Origin: Octopus sinensis
Lineage: Eukaryota
NCBI RefSeq assembly: GCF_006345805.1
Contig: NC_043010.1
Coordinates: 25,172,001 to 25,236,000, forward strand
Direction: 5' to 3'
Length of the DNA: 64,000 bases
Position 1 is the first letter of the stretch. The number at the start of each line of letters is the position of its first letter. A program made the translations under genes and the position numbers. This document shows positions 1-11,594 of the stretch, piece by piece. The notes beneath the pieces are model-generated. The model searched no databases and was not told where the DNA came from. It saw nothing but the letters and a program-made list of their open reading frames with translations.

Positions 1-2
1 AC

Positions 3-2241
3 ACACCTTTTGGAAGGTATCGCTTCACACGACTACCCTTTGGAATTCACAGCGCCAGTGAAGTTTTCCAAAAAGAAATTTCAAAAATAATAGAGGGCAT
101 AGAAGGAGCAAGAAATTCACAGGATGACATCATAATCTGGTCCAGCACTTTAGAAGAACACACAAATAGACTACAACAAGTTTTCGATCGAATCCGAAAG
201 CACGGATTAAAGTTAAATAAATCAAAGTGTATCTTCTATGAATCACAAATCAAGTACCTTGGGCATATATTAACCAGCGAAGGGATAACACAAGATCCAA
301 CCAAAGTACAAGCAATCATTCACATGCCACTGCCAACAAGTAAAAAAGAATTACAAAGATTCCTAGGTATGACAAATTACCTATGTAAATTTTTATCTAA
401 TTACTCCGAAGTCACAGCACCATTGCGCCAGCTTCTACAGAGTGACACGTTATGGTCATTCGACAAACCACAAATCGAAGCAATAAAAAAGCTAAAAGAA
501 ATGATTACCAGAAAACCAGTGCTACAATTTTATGATCCAGATCTACCAATAAAAATAACTACTGATGCTAGTAAGCATGGGCTCGGAGCGATACTTGAGC
601 AGAAACACAACGAAAGATGGCTACCTGTTTTGTTTGCATCTCGTGCAACAACTCAAGCGGAACAAAACTACTGTCCGATAGAGAGCGAAGCTCTCAGTAT
701 AGTTTTCGCATGCAAGAAATTTCATCAATTTATATACGGAACTCATTTCAGAATCGAAAATGACCATAAACCGTTGAAGCAAATATTCAAAAAATCGATC
801 ACTAAATGCCCCTCCAGAATCCAAAGATTTCTACTAACATTACAAAGATATGATTTTGACCTAAACCACATACCTGGTAAAGAATCAATTGTTGCAGATA
901 CCCTATCACGTGCATACCTTGAGCAAAATACTCCAGAAGTACCAGACGAAGATATGAAATCGCACATTCATGCAGTAATAAAAAATTACCCCATAACCGA
1001 CACTAAATTAAAAGAGTATAAAGAAGCCACTGCAGACGACCCGTCTCTACAGACACTCGTCACATATACAAGAACAGAATGGCCCCCAAAAGACAAAATA
1101 CCAATAAACATCAAACCATTCGTATCCGTTCGTGATGAAATATCAATCGTCAATGGTCTCGTTCTAAAAGGTTCAAGAATAATTGTACCTAAGTCATTAC
1201 GTAGAGAAGCTCTACAGGAAATACATACCGGACACATGGGTATCGAAAAATGCATAGAGAGAGCGAAGGAATGTATATACTGGCCCGGCATTAACACTCA
1301 AATCAAAGACATGATTAACACATGCTCATACTGCATTGACTACAAAAATCAACAAGCAGCCGAACCACTAATAAATCATGAAATACCTACTACACCATGG
1401 ACCAAAGTGGGTACAGACGTATTTCACATGTCTGGAAATTCGTATGTCACAATTATTGACTATACAACAAGATTTTTTGATCTACACGAAATAAATGATT
1501 GCCAGTCAAAAACCGTAATCAAAAAATTAAAAGAAACTTTTGCTAATTCGGAATTCCGCAAACAGTTGTAAGTGACAACGGTCCAGAATTCAATTCGGCT
1601 GAATTCAAAAAATTTGCAAAAAATTGGCATTTTCATCACACGAAGACAAGCCCGCATTATCATCAAGCGAATGGCATGGTTGAGAGAAATATACAGACAA
1701 TAAAAAAAAGACGCTAAAAAAGGCATTCAAAAGTGACGAAGAACCTCAGTTAGCGCTCTTATCATTACGCACGACTAAATTACAAAATGGTGCACCATCC
1801 CCTGCAAATCAAATAATGAATAGAACATTGCGAACAAATCTCCCAAACATATTACACGACAAAATTGGTATCAGGCCTCACGAAAAGAAGAAATCAAACA
1901 TTACAACAGAACTCCCAGAGTTAAAACCACACGACACGGTTAGAATTAAGTTTAACAACAATTGGTTTAGAAGGGGCAAAATAATTAAAAAACTAGAGCA
2001 ACCTCGTTCATACTTAGTAATAACAGAGGAAGGAAATACAGTCAAACGAAATAGACAACATATTCTTAAAACAAACGAACACGTTCGCATAACAGAAGAA
2101 TTAGATTATGAAAATATATTTCCAAAATCAACAAACACGCATGAAAAAACAAAAACAGCACAACTACAGAATTCAACACTACAAAATAATAAAACCACAA
2201 AAAGTGGACGACGAATAATTATTCCCTGTAGATACAGATGA
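3..2241 (+). CDS. pol: Gypsy Pol polyprotein (partial), with two single-base frameshifts near 1545 and 1705
   Basis: Frame open from 3 to 1571: RT (TPFGRYRFTRLPFG, NSQDD), RNase H (TDASKHGLG, ESEAL, ENDHKPL), integrase zinc finger (HTGHMG...CSYC) and first D (KVGTDVF). Shifted frames supply SDNGPEF and NGMVERNIQT, then ORF 1816-2241. Confidence 0.92.
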
Positions 2242-2281
2242 TATAAAAAAAATTAAAAAAAAAAAAAAAAAAAAAGGAAGA

Positions 2282-2513
2282 TGTTATATAATCATCACAA
2301 CAAACATGAACAATCAACGTCGCCCATTGTCTCCCTTGATAAAAGGACTTTCACTTTGTTTCCCGCCAAAACAATTAACTTGTACAACAACGGCAGTCGA
2401 ATAAAGTATCTTGTATCGTTAACACGTTGTTTCAGTCTCTCTCATTTTCTTAATCTTTCATACTAAGTACTCACTACTTCCTTTAATACTCAATACAATA
2501 TATATATATAACA
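2282..2513 (+). repeat. 3' LTR (232 bp) of the Gypsy element
   Basis: Starts TG after the polypurine tract, ends CA, has 9-bp terminal inverted repeats and an internal AATAAA near 2400. Confidence 0.88.
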
Positions 2514-2718
2514 ACAACAGCGGGAACCATAACCGTAGCCTCCATGCACGCCATGGAAGCCCCCAGCACATCGTCCAACATGCCCATTGAAGTCACCAGC
2601 CACAAAGAGAAGGTCCCTGTCGCTCGTCAATGATGTGGTATGCAGTAGGTGTCATAGAAACTGTCTTTCTGTCCATCAGGTAGCCCTGGCTGAGGGGCAT
2701 AGGCCGATATAATAGTTG
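2514..2718 (-). mobile_element. RTE LINE fragment (AP endonuclease region); host of the Gypsy insertion
   Basis: Reverse complement matches the RTE endonuclease at 56110-56320 (IISAYAPQ...GDFNGHVG). Confidence 0.88.
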
Positions 2719-4292
2719 CTAACTGGACGAAGTCAAACGTGTTATTCAAGGCCTCGATGTCAACAAGGGTCACGGCATACACCCACGGGTTATCAAAGCG
2801 TTGATCCGGTCATCTGCGAGCCCTTAACACGACTATTCAATATGTCATTGGCGACGGGTGTTATACCTGCAGACTGGAGAACAGCGATAATCTGCCCAAT
2901 TTTCAAGAAAGGGAGCCGCGAAGACCCGCTTAACTACCGACCGGTTTCCCTTACATCAATAATCAGCAAGATGTTCGAAACCATCCTTAAGAAAAGTATG
3001 ATGCTCCACCTCCTAAACACAGCCTCTATCTCTGATTCCCAACACGGCTTCGTGCCAAAGAGATCATGCTTGACCAACTTACTAGTAATGGAAGAATTGG
3101 TGACGCGCATCCTCGATGATAGTGATGCTGTTGACATCGTTTTATTGGACTTTGCCAAAGCTTTTGACTCGGTAAACCACCGCCTATTACTTGTCAAGCT
3201 TCAAGCATATAGTTTCCATCCGGATATTGTACGATGGGTTGGTGCCTTCCTCTCAGATCGCTCCTTCCAAGTCCAAGTTAATGGTTCGCGGTCCGACGTC
3301 TCCAGTGCGAGCAATGGCGTGCCTCAAGGTTCAGTGCTTGGGCCCTTGTTGTTCTTAGTCTTCATAAATGACTTGCCCGACGACCTCACGCAACACACCC
3401 TTCTATTTGCCGACGATATCAAACTGGTCGCTCCTCGCGGTAATATAGAGGATCTTCGTCGATGCCTCCACCAAATTTGGAAGTGGTCTAACGATTGGGA
3501 CCTGTGTCTGAACGTGTCAAAGTGCTGTCATCTGCCTGTCGGCTCTACTCCTGCAACTCAACTTGATTTCGAGCCGGGTCGTCTGCTGCTGGAGAGGACC
3601 GATCAGGTAAAGGACCTGGGTATCTTGGTGAATTCCTCCTTTTCGCCTTCGGCCCAGTGCGTCCATGCTGCCAACAAAGCACGTGGAATTCTGTTCTTGA
3701 TTCGACGGTCATTCGGAATGCTCACAGCAGCCATATTCCTACCACTCTATGTCACGCTGGTGAGACCCATATTGGAGTATGGGATTCAAGCCTCTTCTCC
3801 TTATCTCCTCAAAGACATACAGCATCTCGAAAGAGTCCAGAAGCTGGCTACCCGCATGGTTCATGGTCTCAAAAATTTGTCCTACGAAGAAAGGCTGAGG
3901 ACGCTCGACCTTTATTCTCTTGAAAAAACGCCGCCGCCGTGGTGATCTCATTCTCGCCCACCATCATAAGAACGGAAAGTGTAACCTCTCGAAAGAGCTG
4001 TTCTTCACTCCTGCTCCAGAGCGTCGGCTGCGGGATCATTCCGAAAAGCTCTACCTGCGACGATTTCATCTCAATCGAAGGAGAGGAGCTTTCTCCGTCC
4101 GGGTTGCGGATCCATGGAACAAGCTGCCAGACGAGATGGTGAAGATGCCGACGACCGCTTTGTTCAAAGCCTCCCTGGACCTCAAGTGGCCTGAACTCTT
4201 TACATGAACACCACCCTGTACTTAACTCCATGTCCCCCTACATGGCCTTGCTATTTGCTTTTGAGCCAAATTAACTAACTAACTAACTAACA
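2718..4292 (+). mobile_element. 5'-truncated CR1-clade LINE (RT ORF 2716-3945, one frameshift near 3925, short 3' UTR, (TAAC)n tail)
   Basis: Motifs NYRPVSLTS, QHGF, LDFAKAFDSV, GVPQGSVLGPLLF, FADD; tail taactaactaactaac; second copy at 15766-16405. Confidence 0.92.
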
Positions 4293-4544
4293 TATATAGG
4301 ACACACACACATATATATAAATTAACCCAATAAATATCTGATTCATAATATTTGTTCTCATGATCGTGTGGTGGTGGTGGCGATGATAATTCTTTCTATG
4401 AATGCAGACAGACGTAGAGAGAGAGAGAGTGTGTGTGTGTGTGTGACAGCACTGGTGAAGGTGGCGGGGGAAAGATAGTAGACGCTGTCAAACGACGTTA
4501 TAGAGAGAAAGTGATGGGAAGGGAGGAAGCAGAGAGAGACGTGA

Positions 4545-4835
4545 AGGACAAGAGGAAAGATCACACTACAAAGCTTTTGAAGAAGCTCAAGTATACCCTC
4601 CTTCATTAGCCGTGACCTGAAAACATATACTGAGAGTGATAAAAATCAAACATCCAGTCAACATCATGATGTTTGGAGTGATCACTAGTAATGGTGATGT
4701 TATGTCTCCATTCATCCTCCCACACGGCCTCACACTCAACACGGAGGCCTACATCAAATACCTGAAGGAGATAGTGCTGACCTAGATCAAGAGGGTGACT
4801 GCACCATGCCACACAAGCAGGAAAACCCGAGACAC
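4545..4835 (+). mobile_element. Tc1/mariner-superfamily transposase relic (internally deleted)
   Basis: Frame from 4621 reads KHILRVIKIKHPVNIMMFGVITSNGDVMSPFILPHGLTLNTEAYIKYLKEIVLT*IKRVTAPCHTSRKT, resembling the KxPxxVMVWG and APCH motifs. Confidence 0.75.
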
Positions 4836-4839
4836 TGGG

Positions 4840-6725
4840 TTCTGTTCACGAGTTTTAGCTTAAAAATAAAAGCGTACTCTGGGAATTAATTTACTCGTGT
4901 GTCGAGATGTTACTATAATTTTATATAAATTAATTAATCTTATTAGATTTTTAGAGTATACATAGTAATTGGTAGTTATTAATTATTTATTTTTTGAGTA
5001 TTAAGTATAATTTATTATAGTTATTTTAATAATAAATCTTATAGTATAGAGTGGTTCTATTCTTTAATTGTGACTTCATTCTATTTACATTTATTGATAA
5101 ACCATAGCTTTTTCCATTGACAATTTTAATTCACAATATTCATTGATAAAATATATTCATAATTTTTCACTGTTAAGAATTCTTCATCTATTTATTCTAT
5201 TTTTTGCTAATAACGTAATTCCACGAGTATTCTTATAAACGTTTAAAAGACGTTTTCCGTTTTAGTTCATCACAAAGCCTTGCAAAGCTAAGTAATCTAT
5301 TTCTATTTAAGATTTTAAAATTTAAAAATTTAAAATATTTTAATAAGTCTTATTGTATAATATTGTATTATATATAAATACTGATTGTTATGTAATGATT
5401 TAGTTATCGAAGTTATGTATAATTATTAGATTTTAGCTCTAAGTTTATTTGTAAGACTTTACTTAGCCAAAGAGATATATAGATCGTTAATAGTAATACG
5501 ATTTTTTAAAAGTTAGGTTTCATGTCTATACATTTATTGATAGCATAAATTTTAGTCTTTAATCACTATATTTGTTGATAGTTATTTAGTTATTATTTTT
5601 AAATATTTTATAATTATTAGATGTGTACTTAAATCTAATATATGAATAATGATTTTTTTGTTAAAAAATTTGGTAATTAAATTTTTGGACTATAACTGAG
5701 TTAAGGATATTTGTGAGTTTATTATGTTTTTTTAAGCTATTTTATATATTCATAAATATCTCTAATAGTTGACTTTGTTCTATTATAGCTTATATATAGC
5801 TATTTTCAATTGATAATTTGTAGTAGTATTTTTCATTGATAAATATATTCATAGTATTTATTGGATACTATATAACTACGGATTGATAATTTCATTGTAT
5901 AAGTATTTAGTTGTTGAAGATATGTATTTCATTATTTCATTATTAGTTCTTAACTAATAATGAAATAATGAAACTTTTTGTAAGTTATTTTTTGTAATAA
6001 CTTTTTGTAAGTTATTAATTAGCCAACGAGTTATATGGATCGTTAAATAGTTATAGGGTTCTTTTAAGATAGTTTATTTGTTTACAATTTGCTTTTTCAT
6101 CTTTAATCTTTTAATTTTTAATATATTTCATCAGTAATAATGAATAATTAATTTATTTAGTTTTTTTATTATACGTATATATATTTAATGATAGAGATAA
6201 TTTTAGATCTTAATTCTTATATTTATATTTATTTATATATATATATTGATAATTTAGTTATTATTCAAATATTTTATAATTATTTGATTTGAACTTAAAT
6301 TTAATAATATGAATAGGGATTATTTTTTTGATTATTTTTTGTTAAATAATTAGGTAATTAGATATTGACTATAACTGAGATTAGGTTATTCGTGAGTTTA
6401 TTATGTTTTTTAAAGCCATATTATATCTGAATAAATAATTACATTTTCTATCTATTTTTACCTTAAAAATTAATATTTAACATTATAATTGGATTTTATG
6501 ACATAATCATAATCGTTAAAGTTTCTAGTTTGATAATACAGTTTTTTATAAGTAAAATTATTATTTTATTTATTTCTTAAAAAATATTGTTTAAATATAT
6601 TTGCTTATTTATTTAACTATTATCTTTAACCTGAAGATTGACTATAACCATAATTTGAATTATTAATTGAATTTAAATTATTGTAATTCGAATTAGGTTA
6701 TGGGCATGAAACGTATGTAGTGGTT
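4840..6725 (-). mobile_element. Extremely AT-rich Penelope-like relic with two diverged tandem units of about 690 bp
   Basis: Shared anchors at 5140/5834, 5463/6019 and 5690/6370. Minus-strand translation DRKCNYLFRYNMALKNIINSRIT...PIHII resembles the PLE RT C-terminal region. Degenerate hammerhead-like motif at the right end. Confidence 0.55.
6625..6725 (+). ncRNA. Degenerate type I hammerhead-like motif with long stem II
   Basis: CTGAAGA at 6631, ataacc/ggttat stem, GAAA at 6708, near-palindromic acgtatgt stem III with GTA triplet; stem I is decayed. Confidence 0.45.
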
Positions 6726-6732
6726 TTACTTT

Positions 6733-7135
6733 TTATCTTATACTCTTTTACTCTTTTACTTGTTTCAGTCATTTGAGTGTGGCCATGCTGGAGCACCGCC
6801 TTTAGTCGAGCAAATCGACCCTGGGACTTATTCTTTGTAAGCCCAGTACTTATTCTATTGGTCTCTTTTGCCGAACCGCTAAGTGACGGGGACGTAAACA
6901 CACCAGCATCGGTTGTCAAGCAATGCTAGGTAGACAAACACAAACGCACACACACACACATATATATACATATATACGACAGGCTTCTTTCAGTTTCTGT
7001 CTACCAAATCCACTCACAAGGCATTGGTCGGCCCGGGGCTATAGCAGAAGACACTTGCCCAAGATGCCACGCAGTGGGACTGAACCCGGAACCATGTGGT
7101 TGGTTAGCAAGCTACTTACCACACAGCCACTCCTT
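6733..7135 (-). mobile_element. tRNA-derived SINE, family A
   Basis: Minus-strand head with A-box (tggctgtgtggt) and B-box (ggttcagtccc), internal (CA)/(TA) tract, (AAAGAGT)n tail; copies at 19447, 38815 and 50255. Confidence 0.9.
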
Positions 7136-7455
7136 TTTAATACTTTTTAATACTTTTTGATAGTTATATATATTTAATATTAAAATAAATAAATAAATAA
7201 ATAAATAATAAATAAAAAACAAAAATTTATAAATATAGATTAATAATTTAAATTTTTAAATTTTATATTTTATATATATTTTGTATATTATATTAATTAT
7301 TTTTATTTTTATGTTTTGGTTTATGTTTTTCACTGTTTGATTTGCCTAATAGTGGTTTTATCTCTAATTTAATTTATATTTATACAGTGAAATTAGATTT
7401 AATCCTAAATCTAATTTTTCCCTGTAAGTTTGGATATACTCCCTAATATTATTAT

Positions 7456-7489
<34 letters not shown>

Positions 7490-7506
<17 letters not shown>

Positions 7507-8600
7507 GTATGTATATCAACACTAACTTAGACCCCTACAATGTGAATGATAATATTAATGGTGACATAGAAAATAGAAACAGTGGTACTAATGCTTCTAA
7601 TATATACAATATAGACTATAGCTCTGTGGTCCATACTAGCACTGATATACCTGATGATGCTGGGATGAATGGAAATGATACTACAATTGAAGGATGGAGA
7701 GATAATACTGGATATGTAAATAACACATACAATAACAGTTGTAGGATTAATATTAATATTAATAATAATGATGGTATGAATATCAATAATATTAATAGTG
7801 GTATTTCTCCTAGTTGCAATTGTAGGGTTAAATCCCACTTTCCATTATTAGGCTGATGTCTAACCCAAAACGTAATCTCTAAGTGTACTATCACAACTGC
7901 AGCTGGTAACTTTGTATATATAGGATTTCAATAAATATGAAAAACGCATTAATAACCATTTTTCATCTTTTAGGCTCAAACATAAGGCCAATTGTACATC
8001 CTTATTTAGCAAGATTTAGGAACTGAAGGAAAGTGAAATCGAATTTAGTCTGAAATGAGATATTATAAGGAAAGCACAGCCTTATAGAGATAGTTGATAC
8101 AGGTGTGAGCTGTGCTCTATGGAAAATTGTGAAATTTTTAAGTATAGGGACAAGGGCAACCTGGTTAATAATAGATTAGACCTAAGGGTATCCATGCATA
8201 CATAGTGTCACCTGTCCATTTAAATATTTTCAAAATTAGCATTAATAGGTGCTGCACTTGAACCTGGACAGGAGAAATTAATTTTAGTGTTGTATATGAA
8301 ATGAACTTACCCGCTAGTATTATATATAATAAGTTGTATATATTTTCTTACTATTTTCTATAATTTCTTATTGTGTTTTCTTGTTTTAATATCTTTACCT
8401 ATTAACCTCTTATCTCTTATAAGTTATTAATGTTCTGAAAGAGAAATATAAACTTCCTAGTTACTTAAGCCTAAAAGAGTTAGAAATATTTGTGTATATT
8501 GCATGTGTGCACATAGTTAAATATGTGTATATATCTGTACACAACTTATTTTTCCAATTTTCTTCTGATTCTTGGCTTATAACTAATATAAAGTTAGCAC
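7490..8600 (+). mobile_element. Penelope-like relic (Asn-rich linker, GIY-YIG region, 3' repeat)
   Basis: SCNCRVKSHFPLLG*CLTQNV, then KHKANCTSLFSKI*ELKESEIEF...RCELC; about 85% similar by eye to 60170-60420. Confidence 0.8.
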
Positions 8601-9879
8601 AATTTATCGTCCCAGTATTCCATAAGTGAATACCTAGAGCAATCTTCATAGAAACCATCTTATAAGTAAATAATTAAGTACAGGTATGAGTATGAAACTA
8701 ATTCTATGTAATCTTCACTTTCTAATGTTGATAATTAGTATATAGACACAGTTTATCTATTTTGGTTACAATATCATTTTTAGGAATCTAAAATTCTATC
8801 TTCATACAACATAACAATATTGTTTACATACAATTATCCATTGTAAATTAAGGACTCCCTTATAGAGTAACTGCTGCATTTGTTGAGTTTGGCTGCTTGT
8901 TTGGCCATAGGTTGTATTGTAAAAGATGCCGTGTAGTGTGACTGAACCCAAAATCTCATGTTTACAAAGCGAATTTATTAGCTACACAGCCATGCCTCTG
9001 CAGGATCTTTCAATTTGACAGCCAGATTTTTAAATTAATTTTTTGTAACTAAACACTTTGAAATTTCAGATACTGGTTGAATTTATCACATAGAACAAGT
9101 TTTATTCTTAACGTTTTTGACAAAATTTTGTATTTTAGAAGTAATTGTGTTAAAGTTGTCGTATTTGGGTAATTTTAACCAATCAATGACGTGTATTCAG
9201 GTGAAGAAAATTACTGCTGCTGTTTATGAACAACAACTTCTGGGCCCCATACAATCAAACCAATGAAAGATCCTCTACCTGGTTGCTCAACACACTAAAA
9301 ATAGCTGCCAAAGTATCCCCCTACCTAAATCACATGTCCTAGATTATCCCTAAAAAGATGGTTTGCTGAAGGCTGAAATGTCTTTGATGATAGGTTTGCT
9401 ATATCAGGGTTGATTTGAGGCTAAATAACAAAATTATGGTAAATTTCTAAATTTCTAAATACCTGCACAATTTTCACTAAGAAAAAAAAAATTGGATTTT
9501 TTGCTTGGAATCAATTACCCAGACATCCTAATATGCTGCAACTCACTTATTTTGGTTCGGGGAAAAAAGGTTTGGGGCGCCACCCCCCTCCATCCCTGAA
9601 TCATTAGAATTTTTTTTTCTGTTGAATGAATTCCTGTGACCTCCTAATATGCTGCAAAACCATTTTGGGGGTCTGAAAAGGGGGTGGGGTGAAGTGGAAA
9701 CCTTTTTTCTCTTAGTGAAAATTGTGCGGGTGAAAAGATCAATGGGGGTTGGGTTGAAATTTCCAAGCCAAAAAATTCAAGTATGGTAAAGAATTAAAGA
9801 TAAATGCAAATATGAAATGCAAAAGCAAAAACCTGATATATTGTATCACATACCCATGATGCAATGAACATTATATTGG

Positions 9880-10110
9880 GGAAAAAAAAAATGAAACTAA
9901 TCAACCATGTAAATGTGCATAGATATCAAATAAAACATCCCACACTTAGATGCATACTATGTAGCAATCATTTGGACACATGTGCACAAGGAAAATTTAC
10001 AATTTTCCCTCTTTATGAAATAAATGAAGAGAACAATCTTCTCCAGAAGACAAAAGAAGAATATTTCATAAGATTTCTTGAGTCCGAAACTAAACCAGAA
10101 ATAGTCAACA
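9880..10110 (+). mobile_element. Penelope-like GIY-YIG C-terminal fragment
   Basis: VHRYQIKHP...SNHLDTCAQGKFTIFPLY...KEEYFIRFL resembles the PLE endonuclease C-terminus. Confidence 0.65.
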
Positions 10111-10320
10111 ACAATTTTACTGAAAACAACTTCCACGTGCATGAGAACGTTAAGAACTGAAAGTGCTAGCGCATCAATAAAAGCAAATCCCACACACTTA
10201 CCCAAAATTAGTGTCTTTTGACTTTCTAAAAAGGTTCTTTTCTCAATCTTAACTCTTTGAGAAAAAAAATCTCTCCAAATAATATAACCGTATCAAGGAA
10301 TTTCCAAAACACTCTAAATA

Positions 10321-10400
<80 letters not shown>

Positions 10401-10582
10401 GTAAGCAGAAAATGGAGAAAACTTTTGATCAACAAACAAACTGACCAACATAACATTGCATCATGTATATAACATAACATTACAATATATACATACCATC
10501 CAACCTATGCCAGCATGGAAAGCGGACGTTAAACGATGATTATGATGATGATATATATATATACAGATACACACACAAACAT

Positions 10583-11040
10583 ATATCATCATCATCATCG
10601 TTTAACGTCTGCTTTCCATGCGGGCATGGGTTGGATGATTTGACTGAGGACTGGCAAACCAGATGGCTGCATCAGGCTCCAATCTGATCTAGCAGAGTTT
10701 CTACAGCTTGATGCCCTTCCTAACGCCAACCACTCCAAGAGTGTAGTGGGTGCTTTTATGTGCCACCGGTATGAGGGCCAGTCAGGTGGTACTGGTAACG
10801 GCCATGCTCAAATGGTGTTTTTTATGTGCCACCTGTACAGGAGCCAGTCCAGTGGCACTGGCAACGACCTCACTCGAATATTTTTTCATGTGCCACCGGC
10901 ACAAGTGCCTATATGGCAATGCTAGTAACGATTACGCTCAAATGGTGCTTTTTACATGCCACCAGCACGGACGCCAGTCAGCTGCTCTGGCAATGATCAT
11001 GCTTGGATGGTGCTCTTAGTGCTCTACTAGCACGTATGCT
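10583..11040 (-). mobile_element. RTE LINE 3' end with (GAT)n tail
   Basis: Reverse complement of the 3' UTR at 57190-57617 and 62680-63119. Confidence 0.88.
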
Positions 11041-11082
11041 AGTCATATATATATATTATTGAAAAGCAGCAAAAATATCACA

Positions 11083-11128
11083 AAATCTGTAACTCAGAGT
11101 TTCACATTCCCATTCATCAGACAGTTTT
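11083..11128 (-). ncRNA. Minimal type I hammerhead ribozyme with canonical core
   Basis: Minus strand: aaaactgt CTGATGA atgggaatgt GAAA ctctgagtt acagattt. Stem I 7/8 pairs, short wobble-rich stem II, near-palindromic stem III, GUU triplet. Confidence 0.8.
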
Positions 11129-11425
11129 GTTTAGAATGGAACAGAAGCAAATTTATAAGCAAACATATACAGTAAGTTTATTGATTTATATTTTATATTT
11201 TACAAATAATTATTTACCCTATGTATTTATAAACTCTTTGATTTACGGTTTTCTTTGATTTTATAATAAGATGATTTTATACTGATATTTGTTCATTGCA
11301 TGCTACCGATCAATGTAAAGACTGTTAGTTGAAATGACCAATGAAACAAAACCATTTTCAAATGTGCATCCATTAAACTTACTGTATCTGTTTGCTTATA
11401 ACCTTGTTTCTGTTCCATTCTAAAC

Positions 11426-11471
11426 AAAACTGTCTGACTAATGGGAACATGAAACTCTGAGTAACAGTTTT
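11426..11471 (+). ncRNA. Minimal type I hammerhead motif with G8 mutated to U
   Basis: aaaactgt CTGACTA atg-ggaa-cat GAAA ctctgagta acagtttt; perfect 8-bp stem I, GUA triplet. Confidence 0.7.
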
Positions 11472-11594
11472 AGTGATATTTTTGCTGTTTTTCTGGTATT
11501 TGAGTACTATTTTTTCTACCGTGTTTCGCATTTATGTGCTTACTCCGATATATATACATTATAATGGAATAATTACTATGGAGCATTGTGTAGA

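Larger units (their letters stand above)
1..2513 (+). mobile_element. Ty3/Gypsy LTR retrotransposon, 3' part (pol, polypurine tract, 3' LTR); 5' part lies outside the window
   Basis: Domain order RT-RNaseH-integrase; purine tract aaaaaaaaaaaaggaaga directly before an LTR with TGTTATATA...TATATAACA inverted ends. Confidence 0.95.

Noticed and set aside
4840-6700. Mitochondrial insertion (NUMT) or contaminant as the source of the AT-rich block
   Set aside because: No recognisable mitochondrial gene, rRNA or tRNA motif. The residual peptide and hammerhead-like end fit a PLE better.
7390-7417. Perfect 12-bp hairpin aaattagattta-atcc-taaatctaattt
   Set aside because: AT-only stem inside a repeat-derived AT-rich tract, with no ribozyme core or terminator context.
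7497-7856. Asn-rich ORF as a host gene
   Set aside because: Runs directly into the PLE CNCR motif; it is a transposon linker.
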